A stretch of DNA of 61,763 bases from Gallionellaceae bacterium. GTDB taxonomy: Bacteria; Pseudomonadota; Gammaproteobacteria; Burkholderiales; Gallionellaceae. The translations under genes and the position numbers were made by a program. Location of the stretch: contig DMCN01000066.1 in NCBI GenBank assembly GCA_003445795.1, positions 23,294 through 85,056 on the forward strand, read 5' to 3'. The notes beneath the pieces were generated by a model. It was not told where the DNA came from and did no database searches. It saw only the letters and a list, made by a program, of their open reading frames with translations. This document shows positions 1 through 8,296 of the stretch, piece after piece (within the stretch, counting starts at the first letter, position 1; every line of letters starts with the position of its first letter).

Positions 1-59
1 CGCACAGGGGAAGGAAAGTCAAAATCCAAAACCTCGGTGTGGGCACTTTGTGCCCACAC
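1..59 (+). repeat. Left arm of a ~59-bp inverted repeat bracketing a small ORF; contains the palindrome GTGTGGGCAC-TTT-GTGCCCACAC
   Basis: 1-59 matches the reverse complement of 341-399 at 50/59 positions by manual alignment. The repeat may extend beyond the window edge. Confidence 0.85.
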
Positions 60-86
60 CACCAAATAAATTTAGGAGGAATGCAA

Positions 87-329
87 ATGGTTAATAAGCA
101 TTTAGCAAAAGCCATCATTGATATTGCCGTCTTCTTAGAGTTCTCAAATGCGAACACATTGAATCCTGACGCTGCTGTTGCAGCCATGGAGCAGTTAGCA
201 AATGAATTGCAGCAAATGCCAACTGACGTTAAACAAAGTCTTATCCATCATTTTCAGGAGCTCGCGAACGAATATGGAGACAAGGCCAGATTCGTTGCAA
301 GCTTGGCAGATACATTCGACATCAATTGA
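87..329 (+). CDS. Small AT-rich helical protein resembling polymorphic-toxin (CdiI/Rhs-type) immunity proteins
   Basis: AGGAGG at 74-79, ATG at 87 (alternative 81). Sequence 'LAKAIIDIAVFLEFS...DAAVAAMEQLA..LQQM' resembles immunity proteins as I recall them. Function is inferred. Confidence 0.5.
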   Translation: MVNKHLAKAIIDIAVFLEFSNANTLNPDAAVAAMEQLANELQQMPTDVKQSLIHHFQELANEYGDKARFVASLADTFDIN

Positions 330-340
330 ATAGCCAAGTA

Positions 341-399
341 GGGTGGGCACGAAGTGCTCACCCTGTGGTTTTAGGTTTTGACTTTCCCTCCCCTGTGCG
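341..399 (-). repeat. Right arm of the ~59-bp inverted repeat
   Basis: Reverse complement of 1-59 with 9 mismatches; internal GTGGGCAC-GAA-GTGCTCAC hairpin. Confidence 0.85.
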
Positions 400-402
400 C
401 CG

Positions 403-554
403 CCTCGATATTTCACAAACAAGCGGAGGTTTAGGCGAGCACTGTTCGAGCTCCGCGGTGGGGCACGTTTTGTGTGCCCCGCTAGGGCGAGTTGCGCAGC
501 CCCGCTTGTTTGTGAAATATCGAGGGAACCCCGCAGGGGCGGCGCACCGGGGGC
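403..554. repeat. Host palindromic (REP/MITE-like) element, left part, interrupted by the prophage
   Basis: Perfect 24-bp inverted repeat CCTCGATATTTCACAAACAAGCGG (403-426) / 502-525, with a GGGGCAC...GTGCCCC hairpin (~460-480) inside. The element continues at 40411 after the prophage. Confidence 0.75.
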
Positions 555-600
555 TGAACCGGAGTGAGATAAATACAGGGGGAAAACTGAGATAAATATG
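555..600 (+). repeat. Left end with candidate transposase-binding repeats (TGAGATAAATA x2)
   Basis: GATAAAT at 568-574 and 591-597 (23-bp spacing), mirrored at the right end. Confidence 0.75.
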
Positions 601-685
601 GGATGAGGTGAAAAGAAACGGGACTAAGTGGGATGAGATATAAAAATAACTTTAAGCTGGTAAAACAAAAAACGAGCAGAAAAAT

Positions 686-1222
686 TTAAGATCCATCAAC
701 TGCATTTTGGAGGGCGATACGAAGAACGCCAAGAATATCCTGGCTCAACTCTTCGGGCAGACCGCGCTCAGGATCAGGGAAATAAGACCGCGCAGGGATA
801 TCGCCCCACAGATGCGGGAACTCGGCCTTGGTCCCGCCGAAATGCTGCATGGCGGCTTGCACGGCAATTGATGTAACGCTGACACTTTCGCCCAGTACGG
901 TAGAGTGAAACTGGGTGGACAGGGTCTTTGAATCGCCGATTAGAGGCTTCTTACCTGCCAGCACCAATTCACCCCGAGCGGATACATTTCCCTTCTTTGT
1001 GAAGTTCTTTTGGCTGCCATGCAGCACATTGCGCAACGTGGCGTCTGCGTTCGGTTCCCAAGGGGTGCCGTAAGGGTCGGCGCTCTCAACGAAGCGCTGC
1101 TTGGTGAACTCCGTCGCCACCTCACCGATACCCATCAACACGCCGCTGGGGTCTTCGCCCAGGGAGATCAGGCGGTTGAATGCCTCGACCGCGTTGGATT
1201 CGGTTATTTCAAAATTGAACAT
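686..1222 (-). CDS. Virion morphogenesis protein (Mu gpG family)
   Basis: Motifs 'RF..SADPYGTPWEP', 'AAMQHFGG' and 'DIPARSYF'; follows gpF. Confidence 0.9.
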   Translation of the reverse strand: MFNFEITESNAVEAFNRLISLGEDPSGVLMGIGEVATEFTKQRFVESADPYGTPWEPNADATLRNVLHGSQKNFTKKGNVSARGELVLAGKKPLIGDSKTLSTQFHSTVLGESVSVTSIAVQAAMQHFGGTKAEFPHLWGDIPARSYFPDPERGLPEELSQDILGVLRIALQNAVDGS

Positions 1223-1309
1223 ATGGTGCTATCCTTCACCCATAGGCGGTTACGTTTCGGACGTTCTAGGCTGGAGGGTGCGCAAGCACAACATCAGTCC
1301 CCGCCTGCT
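1223..1309 (-). ncRNA. Candidate structured RNA in the gpF-gpG spacer
   Basis: Minus-strand pairings: AGGCGG/CCGCCT, adjacent GGAC/GTCC, and a GTGC-TTGC-GCAC hairpin. No covariation evidence. Confidence 0.3.
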
Positions 1310-2500
1310 TCACATCAGTTTGATCACCAGCGACCACAGCGCCAGCGCGCGGTTGTTCTTCCCCGGCCTCACCTCAAACACACAGCGATACACCTCATCC
1401 CCGATCCGTTTCCACACAATAATCATTGGTTGCCCGTGCACCGATGACTTGTCGCTCATCTCCAGCCGATCATATTCGGCAAGTACCTGCCAAACATGTA
1501 TGTAATCATCAGGAGCAGATGGACGCTGGTCTCCTCCATCATGCCCGTGGCTGGTCTCGATGTGGCGTGGTGCTTCGGCGGGCAATAAAACCATGTAGCC
1601 CTTGGTATCGATCTGCGTTATCTCCTGCAACCGGTCGTAATTCTCGACGAAACCCAGCCACAGCGGATCGGTGCGTGAATGGTCAGCCATTACCTCACCA
1701 GCGAATGAGGAAGCGCCCTGTGATGCATTGATGTAACGGTTCACGTCGCGCGTCAGCGCCTTGGTGATCGCGGATGGATAGGTGATCAGCTTATCCTGGA
1801 TGACTTGGCGCAGTGAGGTATCTATTCCAGCACCCGGTGCGTAGTCGAAACCCTTGTCGATCCCGACCTGCACGCCCGTTTTTGGGTCGATAGCATCCCA
1901 TCCTTCTGGCGGCTGGCCTTTTCCGTTGGCGATGGCCAGCATGTATTTCTCTTTGGTCACCGCTGTCACCCAGCAATGGCAACCCCAGCCGTTGATCGGA
2001 AAGTGTGTTTTCCAGAAAGGATGCGTCCAATGCAGCACCAGGCCGTCCCAGCTTTCATGCAGTGGGCGCGGGTACAGCAGGCCATCCATGTGGTGGTATT
2101 GCCAGTACGGCATCACCTTGAGCAGCTCCGGATTGGTGAGCTGCTTCCAGCGGCCGGCTGAATAGCTAGTCGCCATGTTGGTCTGGTAAATCACCTTGGT
2201 GCGCCAAGCCTCGCCGCCCTTGGTGCCTTCGCCGGTCCATCCGGTCCATCCGTGCTTGGACACGAGCTGCCTGAAATCCTTGCGGAACTGCTCCAGTCCG
2301 GTGCCTTCATTGATCGCCTTATCCACGGCGGCCCGCAGGTCATACAGTAGATCACCACCCTGCGCACCAGCCACGATGAAGGCGCGATCATGCGCTGCGC
2401 GCTCGATGTCGTCCCACGCCTCGGTGGGAAGGTTGAGCTTATTCCGAAAGAAGTCGAGCTGCTCGGCGAAAGTCTGGCGGAAAGGCGGATAATTCGGCAC
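1310..2500 (-). CDS. MuF/gp30 head morphogenesis protein with a C-terminal PBECR-like nuclease domain
   Basis: N-terminal MuF motifs (HDRAFIVAGA, IYQTNMATSYSAGRW, HFPINGWGCHC). The extra ~120-aa C-terminus 'RHIETSHG...PDDY..V..VL..YD...VWKRIG..YRCVFEVR...LWSLVIK' resembles barnase/EndoU/ColE5/RelE-like folds. Confidence 0.85.
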   Translation of the reverse strand: MPNYPPFRQTFAEQLDFFRNKLNLPTEAWDDIERAAHDRAFIVAGAQGGDLLYDLRAAVDKAINEGTGLEQFRKDFRQLVSKHGWTGWTGEGTKGGEAWRTKVIYQTNMATSYSAGRWKQLTNPELLKVMPYWQYHHMDGLLYPRPLHESWDGLVLHWTHPFWKTHFPINGWGCHCWVTAVTKEKYMLAIANGKGQPPEGWDAIDPKTGVQVGIDKGFDYAPGAGIDTSLRQVIQDKLITYPSAITKALTRDVNRYINASQGASSFAGEVMADHSRTDPLWLGFVENYDRLQEITQIDTKGYMVLLPAEAPRHIETSHGHDGGDQRPSAPDDYIHVWQVLAEYDRLEMSDKSSVHGQPMIIVWKRIGDEVYRCVFEVRPGKNNRALALWSLVIKLM

Positions 2501-2502
2501 GT

Positions 2503-4038
2503 TTACTTACCGTATTGAACGTCCGCCATACCGGCCAGCGCGGCCAACTGAAAACCCTGCGCCATGATCTTGCGCAGATCCTCCAGTGGCAGATCGCCAT
2601 AGGCGGTCAACATCGCCTCCTGCAAGGAGTTCATGCTGTCCGCCTTACCCACCAGGTCATCGACGTGTGCCATCACCGCATCCCAAGCGGCAGCAGATTC
2701 GACGTCAAGATCAACGCCATCCTGAGAAGTGAGAGCAGCTAAATTATTTTTTAGCGCGCCCTTGCTGGGTTCTGGTTTTTCCGCTCCAAGCACCGCCGCG
2801 CCTTCCTCGGCCTGAGGAATACCAGCACGCTCGTGTGCCCACTCAACCGGGATGCGCATACCGATACCGACCAGCTTTGGCAGTGACTCAGCCAGCACGC
2901 CGAGATCCTCGGAGTCATCGAACATAAACTTGAAGCGCGGCAAGCGGCGGCGGTCATCCACACCGCCTTTATTAAGAGCCAGCAGCGGATACACCAGGTC
3001 GCGCGTCAGCGTGCCGCCGAGCTGGATGCCGTCCGACTCCATCAAGTCGTGACGCACTTCGTTGTGCACGTTACCCAGGGCATTGGTGCTGCTTTTACCG
3101 TCAGCCTGGCTGGTGAGCGTGCCGCCGAGGATGGCCTTGCTCTGGCTCTTCTCGCACCACTCAACCATCGCCATGAATGGGCCTTCACTGCCTTTAGCTG
3201 CTTCTTTAAAGTCGATCATCATGCCTTCGGGGATGATGCCGGCAGCATCGTGGCCGATGCTCATTACCGCGCGCAGCAGCGTGGCTTTCTCATCATCGGA
3301 TGCACCGGACTGATAGGTACCGAGTCGCAGCGGCAGGCCGTAGATCTCCAAGAACTCCGCCAGATCACCAACCGAGTAATTCTTGAACAGATACGGCCAC
3401 GACAGCGTGCGGTGCAGGCCGCAGCGCGCGATATAGCCACTCTTGGCCTTGTGCGTGTGGGTGATCCAACCGAACGGTTGCAGCGCTTGTCCATCCAGCG
3501 AATTATCGCGCAGTCGTATCTGCGTGCGCGTCTCGCGGTCAGTCTGGAACCAGCTTTGCGGGCGATGCGTGATCTCCTTCGGCACCCACTCGCTGCCGAG
3601 ACGTTCCCACTCAATCTCCTGGCAACTGAAGCCGTGGCCGATACCGTCCAGTGCATCGAGAATCACATCCTCGAAGTTCGGCACATCCTGCAGCAACTCC
3701 TTGGCGTAACCAGCCAGTTTCTTCTCGGCTGCGCTGGCATCTCGCGGCGGCACGATGTCCCAGTCCACCGTGAGCAGCGCACGCTTGCGCTTGCCCATCT
3801 CGGCGAATATGTGGGTGTCCTTCTCTTCCATATCAATGAACAAATCGTGCTGTGCACGGATGTCGCCTTGCTCGGCATCCCCAAGGATGCGCGCCAGCTT
3901 GAGCGGCGTTAAACCGCGCGATGGATGGCTGGCGAATTCACGGTGCAACTGCGCCAGCTTCGAGGTTTGCGGCTCGACCAGCTCCGCGCGCTTGATCGGG
4001 TTGCCCGATGCGTCCAGTATTGTTGATGTGGTTACCAT
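2503..4038 (-). CDS. Portal protein (Mu gp29, DUF935)
   Basis: 'HPSRGLTPLKLARIL', 'FLEIYGLPLRLGTY', 'SKAILGGTLTS', 'ALGNVHNEVR'. Confidence 0.95.
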   Translation of the reverse strand: MVTTSTILDASGNPIKRAELVEPQTSKLAQLHREFASHPSRGLTPLKLARILGDAEQGDIRAQHDLFIDMEEKDTHIFAEMGKRKRALLTVDWDIVPPRDASAAEKKLAGYAKELLQDVPNFEDVILDALDGIGHGFSCQEIEWERLGSEWVPKEITHRPQSWFQTDRETRTQIRLRDNSLDGQALQPFGWITHTHKAKSGYIARCGLHRTLSWPYLFKNYSVGDLAEFLEIYGLPLRLGTYQSGASDDEKATLLRAVMSIGHDAAGIIPEGMMIDFKEAAKGSEGPFMAMVEWCEKSQSKAILGGTLTSQADGKSSTNALGNVHNEVRHDLMESDGIQLGGTLTRDLVYPLLALNKGGVDDRRRLPRFKFMFDDSEDLGVLAESLPKLVGIGMRIPVEWAHERAGIPQAEEGAAVLGAEKPEPSKGALKNNLAALTSQDGVDLDVESAAAWDAVMAHVDDLVGKADSMNSLQEAMLTAYGDLPLEDLRKIMAQGFQLAALAGMADVQYGK

Positions 4039-5567
4039 GCTCTTCTCCCGCTGTAATTGTCATCGGTGCGCTTCGGCACGCTCTGGTATTCGATTGGAGC
4101 CACCTCGCGCTTCATCGCATAGTGTCCAAGGAAGAGGCTGATCGCCGAGTCGCCGTGGCGCTGTAACTGCGGACCGTCTCCCTTTTGGGTCTTCGATTTC
4201 GGAAGTTTTGGCACGCCGTCGATCAGTTTCAGCGCCCGTAGATCATCCCGAACCTGAACATCCTTGGGGATATCGTCCAGTGTTCCGTCCTGCAGGGCAG
4301 CCTTGAAGCGCGGCATGTTCGCCAGGTAGAACGAATCGCTCAGCATCACCTGCTCGATGCGTGCCTGGCCGAATTTCTGTGCAGCACGTTCCGCCAGGTA
4401 TTGACCGTTTCCGCGGGCATCAAAAGCAGCCGATCTGAAGCGCGGCAGACGGCTGAGAATGTAGAAAACGATCTGTTCCTGCTGGGTAAACGGACAATTT
4501 GCCAGCTCGATCTGCCCGCGCACGCGGATGGTCAGATCGCGGCCTTCTTCCATGATGTCAAAGGTGGTCAAGTCGCCAGAGCGCGCGAAATCCTCGCCAA
4601 AGCCGTGCGCCAGATCGATATTGAGCGCATCCAGCACCGGTTTCAGGTGTTCTTCGCACCAAGCCGCCACCTCGGCATAGCGCTCGCCGTCCGGCAGGTA
4701 GGCAAACTCCGATGTCCACTTGCCGCGCACCAGCGGCGTATCCGGGTTCATGCGCGCCTCGATCAGGCCCATCGTCAGGTAAGCACCGCCCGATTGAGAC
4801 GGCACCACGTCCAGCTCTTCTGCTGCGTCGTCGCCATAGAACGCATAAGCATCGGCCACCCAGGCCGCTTCGCCTTCTGCGGTCCAGTCGATACCGCGCC
4901 GCAGGCACACACGCTGATACAGCCCTTGCTCGACCGCCTCGCGGAAGGTGATGCGGTGCACGCTGCCCTTGCGCTTGCCGGCGCGCACTTCCTGGATGAG
5001 TTCGTTGAACGGGTTGTCCTGGCCGTCGTGGGTCGAGAAGATGCGCACCTTGTCGCCCCACAGCAGCATAGCCATCGCTGCCTTTAGCAGCGCGGCCAGA
5101 TCGTTGTGGAACGCGGCCTCGTCGATAACAATCACGCCCTGCTTGCCGCGCAGGTTGGTGGGGCGAGAGCTGAGCGCCACGATGCGGCGGCCGGTGGCAG
5201 GGAAGTCGATCTTGTAGGTTTTAATCTCCTTGTCGCCGTCGACGAAGATGCCTTCCTCGATCTCCGAGGCGGCATAGTCGAAGGCGCGCGCCCACATGGC
5301 GCATGCCTCGATGTATTCCAGCGCCATGTCCTGCGTGGGACCTATGTAGAACACGTTGGAGCTGAGCTCTTCCCGTGCCGCGATCAGCACGTCGTCGGCA
5401 GCCTCGCCCCATGTCCAGCCGACGCGGCGCGACTTCTCGCCGATCTTCAGCGGGCTGTCGTCGGCGATCCATCGCTGCTGATAGGGCAATAAAGCGGGAG
5501 GCGGCGCGTCCTTGCGCGCCGCATCACTGGGGAGACCGACCGGAACGGTTTTAACTGGGGATGCCAA
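4032..5567 (-). CDS. Terminase large subunit (Mu gp28)
   Basis: 'LLPYQQRW', 'EKSRRVGWTW', Walker B 'VIVIDEAAFH', 'GEDFARSGD', C-terminal 'HGDSA'. Confidence 0.95.
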   Translation of the reverse strand: MASPVKTVPVGLPSDAARKDAPPPALLPYQQRWIADDSPLKIGEKSRRVGWTWGEAADDVLIAAREELSSNVFYIGPTQDMALEYIEACAMWARAFDYAASEIEEGIFVDGDKEIKTYKIDFPATGRRIVALSSRPTNLRGKQGVIVIDEAAFHNDLAALLKAAMAMLLWGDKVRIFSTHDGQDNPFNELIQEVRAGKRKGSVHRITFREAVEQGLYQRVCLRRGIDWTAEGEAAWVADAYAFYGDDAAEELDVVPSQSGGAYLTMGLIEARMNPDTPLVRGKWTSEFAYLPDGERYAEVAAWCEEHLKPVLDALNIDLAHGFGEDFARSGDLTTFDIMEEGRDLTIRVRGQIELANCPFTQQEQIVFYILSRLPRFRSAAFDARGNGQYLAERAAQKFGQARIEQVMLSDSFYLANMPRFKAALQDGTLDDIPKDVQVRDDLRALKLIDGVPKLPKSKTQKGDGPQLQRHGDSAISLFLGHYAMKREVAPIEYQSVPKRTDDNYSGRRAW

Positions 5568-6063
5568 GGATCCGGCTCCTGATCTCTTTGACCGCCGAGG
5601 CGGACAGGCCGCCCTTCTTGGCGATCTTCTCGACGGCAGATGCCGCCGACTCAGCCTTGGCGCGCACCTCTGTGGCCCATTGTTTCTGCTTCACCGTAGC
5701 GTTGGAAAGGCGTGCGACCATGAGGCCGATCTCCTTCATCGGTGCGCCTTCTTCCATTTTTAGTAAAGTCTCGAACGCCTTTTGCTGCACTAGGCGGATC
5801 AAGGCATCGTTCATCGAGCCTTCATCGTCCGGTACCGATTCTGATATCGCCTTGGCCTGCTCGGTGGCCAGCTTGAGCGCACGCATGCGCTGCTCGAACT
5901 CTTGCCCGTAGCGGTTGATGCTGGACTTGCCGATCACAAAGCCGCGCCCGGCCAGCTCCTGCTCCAGCAGTTCGTACCCCGAGAAATTGCCTTGCACCAG
6001 CGCGCGGTCAAGCCACGCCTTAACCTCGGTCGGTAGTTGCTTGATCTTGGAACGTGGTGGCAT
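5551..6063 (-). CDS. Mu gp27-like (DUF3486) protein, probable terminase small subunit
   Basis: 'MPPRSKIKQLP..VKAWLDRAL', 'KSSINRYG'; directly upstream of the large subunit. Confidence 0.85.
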   Translation of the reverse strand: MPPRSKIKQLPTEVKAWLDRALVQGNFSGYELLEQELAGRGFVIGKSSINRYGQEFEQRMRALKLATEQAKAISESVPDDEGSMNDALIRLVQQKAFETLLKMEEGAPMKEIGLMVARLSNATVKQKQWATEVRAKAESAASAVEKIAKKGGLSASAVKEIRSRILGIPS

Positions 6064-6064
6064 A

Positions 6065-6376
6065 TCAGCCGCCCCAGTATTTCTTCGGGCGTGCGATGCC
6101 CGGATCGCACTCGACCGTATATTCAGCCAAATCCGTTCCGTAACGCGTCAGGTCGGCGAACCAGCGACCTGACGGTTGCTTATCCAGCAACACCAGCTCG
6201 CGGTCGGAGAGATAGTCCAGCACGCGCCGCACTTCGAGCGCTGTGGCATCTGGAAACATGCCCTGCACGGTGGCCAGGATCAATTCCTCGTATGCACCGA
6301 CTGGGCTAGCGTTGTACAACGTCAGGATAACGAGCCAGCGCATGGTCTCGCGGCGGACTTTTTCTTGGTCAATCAT
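6065..6376 (-). CDS. Mu gp26-like winged-helix protein
   Basis: 'LDYLSDRELV...LTRYGTDLAEY...PGIARP'; ATG at 6376 chosen for its overlap with the upstream stop. Confidence 0.75.
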   Translation of the reverse strand: MIDQEKVRRETMRWLVILTLYNASPVGAYEELILATVQGMFPDATALEVRRVLDYLSDRELVLLDKQPSGRWFADLTRYGTDLAEYTVECDPGIARPKKYWGG

Positions 6377-6728
6377 TTTTTCTTGCCCCCTGTATTTGAA
6401 CCACCTCAAGTTTGCTGTACAGCGCATCCAGCTTGGATTCGATCACCGTCTGCCCACGTATGTAGTCTTCGCGCCTGACATACAGCACCGGCAAGCTGAT
6501 TTGGAAGGCTGAAAAATCCTTTTCAAACTGGCGCAGTTGTTCGGCCACTTTGATGTCTTCGGCCGCGCGCTTGGTCAGATCGGAGTTGATCGATGTAAAA
6601 CGCTGGTCCAGCAGCGCCTTGAACTGTTTCACCAGAATCGTCCCGAATGCCCACACCACCAAGGCAAAGGCCACAATGCACGATGCAATGCCGGTGATCA
6701 GTTGCCACAATTCAATCTGCACTTGCAT
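6369..6728 (-). CDS. Membrane-anchored coiled-coil protein (Mu gp25-like)
   Basis: N-terminal transmembrane helix then 'LPVLYVRREDYIR...IESKLD'; conserved position before gp26. Confidence 0.65.
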   Translation of the reverse strand: MQVQIELWQLITGIASCIVAFALVVWAFGTILVKQFKALLDQRFTSINSDLTKRAAEDIKVAEQLRQFEKDFSAFQISLPVLYVRREDYIRGQTVIESKLDALYSKLEVVQIQGARKND

Positions 6729-6951
6729 ATCTGCCTTTCAATTTCTTCAATCGTTCATTCCGTTCCTGGCACTCCGCGCAGAACTGCACACCAGGGATAG
6801 CCTCGCGCCGCTTTTCCGGTATCGGCTCCCCGCAATGCGGATCCGTGCAAAACTCTGCCGATGCAACTGTGGGTGTGGGCATGATTGCCTGCTTCTGGCG
6901 GGCCTCCCACTCGTCCGCCTCGATTTCCTGTGCTCTATCTGCTGGTCTCAC
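6712..6951 (-). CDS. TraR/DksA-family C4 zinc-finger protein
   Basis: 'D.AQEIE', 'CTDPHCGEPIPEKRREAIPGVQFCAECQ'. Confidence 0.85.
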   Translation of the reverse strand: MRPADRAQEIEADEWEARQKQAIMPTPTVASAEFCTDPHCGEPIPEKRREAIPGVQFCAECQERNERLKKLKGRYASAD

Positions 6952-6960
6952 TGTGGATCC

Positions 6961-7245
6961 TTAAAGGTTGCTCGGTGACACAGACAGTTCGCCCTGGCAC
7001 GCGCCCTGATAAGGCGCATCCGTCTCCCAGCGATACTTCCAGGTGCCCTTCTCGGTCAGCGCCACATCGCACTGGAACGAGCCGACACCCAGCCGGGTTA
7101 CGGTGCCGGGGTAGGTGTAATTCGTGGTGACACCGGCGGGTGTCTTTACCTTCAGCGTCGCCGTGGCGGGGTCGGCAGCCGCGCCCGCCATATCCTTCAC
7201 CTGCATCGATATGCGCCCCATCTCGCCTACCAGCCAATTAGCCAT
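6961..7245 (-). CDS. Hypothetical all-beta (Ig-like) protein
   Basis: Beta pattern 'TLKVKTPAG...GVGSFQCDVALTEKGTWKYRWET'; start overlaps the upstream stop. Confidence 0.6.
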   Translation of the reverse strand: MANWLVGEMGRISMQVKDMAGAAADPATATLKVKTPAGVTTNYTYPGTVTRLGVGSFQCDVALTEKGTWKYRWETDAPYQGACQGELSVSPSNL

Positions 7246-8293
7246 GCGCCACCTCCGCAGTCAGGCTTGCCACACGGCTGAGTGAATCGCTCAACGTCCA
7301 CAAGCGCAGCGCCTGCGCGCTGTGGCTGCTTGTGCGGCCCACAGACGGCGTGATCGAGGCGAGTCGTGCAATGCCAGCCGACAGGGCCGCGATGCGCGCC
7401 ACAGCCCCGCTGAGGCGCACCGGGTGCATCAGCATGAAGACGGTCAGGCTGCCGCTGGCCAGCGCCTGCGCCAGGGCATCGGCGCTCAGCGCGATGCGGG
7501 CCGTCAGCTCACCGGCGGCACCAACCAATGCGGCGGCTGGGCCAGTCAAGTGGATCTGCGTGGTGAGGATCGCGGCGGCGCTGGCCTGCGCTTGCGCAGC
7601 GCCTTCCAGTTGCGCGGCAGGGCCGGTGAAAGCGCCGCTGGCGCTGGCTTGGGCCGATGCATCGCCCGCCAGCGGGATAGCGCTGGTCAGCCCGGCAGCG
7701 GCCACGGCCTGCGCCAGCGCACCGCCGCCCAGCGTTATCTGTGCGGTAAGTTGTCCGTTGACGGTGACCAGCGCGATGGCGGCCCCGGACAGCGAGATCT
7801 GCGCGGACAGGTCGCCCGATGCGCCAACGCTGGCGATAGCTGCGCCGCCGAGCGAGATGCCAGATGTCAGCGCGGCGCTGGCATTGGCTTGTGCGATGGA
7901 ATCGGCATACAGCTTGATGGCAGTAGTGAGAGCGCCGGTGGCCGCAGACACCGCAACAGCGGCACCGGCCAGTTCGGCAGCAGATCCGCCGACCGTCAGA
8001 TCGGCGGCGGCTGTAGCCTGCGCAACCGCATCGGCATTGAGCCTGATCGCAGCATCGAGCGCGCCGGTCGCCGTGGCCAGCGCGACGGCATCGGCGTTGA
8101 GTTGTATTGCAGATGACAGCGCGCCCGTGGCAGCGGCCAGCACTGCGGCATCACCCGCCAACGCGGCAGCGCCCGCAGAGACGGTGAACAGGTCGTCTTC
8201 AAGGACCAAGGCAGAATCGGGCGCATCCCAGGCGAACTCATCGCCTATCCATGCGCCTTCGTCCAGATCGTGCTGAAAGTTATCTCTCTGCAT
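7238..8293 (-). CDS. Ala/Gly-rich repeat protein, putative fibre shaft
   Basis: About 12 tandem ~20-aa repeats (I-x-L-x-G/A-x-A-x-A-x-A-x-A-x-G-x-L) followed by ~10-aa repeats. Confidence 0.7.
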   Translation of the reverse strand: MQRDNFQHDLDEGAWIGDEFAWDAPDSALVLEDDLFTVSAGAAALAGDAAVLAAATGALSSAIQLNADAVALATATGALDAAIRLNADAVAQATAAADLTVGGSAAELAGAAVAVSAATGALTTAIKLYADSIAQANASAALTSGISLGGAAIASVGASGDLSAQISLSGAAIALVTVNGQLTAQITLGGGALAQAVAAAGLTSAIPLAGDASAQASASGAFTGPAAQLEGAAQAQASAAAILTTQIHLTGPAAALVGAAGELTARIALSADALAQALASGSLTVFMLMHPVRLSGAVARIAALSAGIARLASITPSVGRTSSHSAQALRLWTLSDSLSRVASLTAEVAHG

Positions 8294-8296
8294 GGC

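Noticed and set aside
555-640. CRISPR-like short direct repeats
   Set aside because: Only two 11-bp copies and two GGGATGAG copies at the prophage end; better explained as transposase sites. No cas genes.
1244-1300. Hammerhead ribozyme (CUGAUG... and GAAAC both present on the minus strand)
   Set aside because: The core reads CUGAUGU rather than CUGANGA, and no stem II closes before GAAA.
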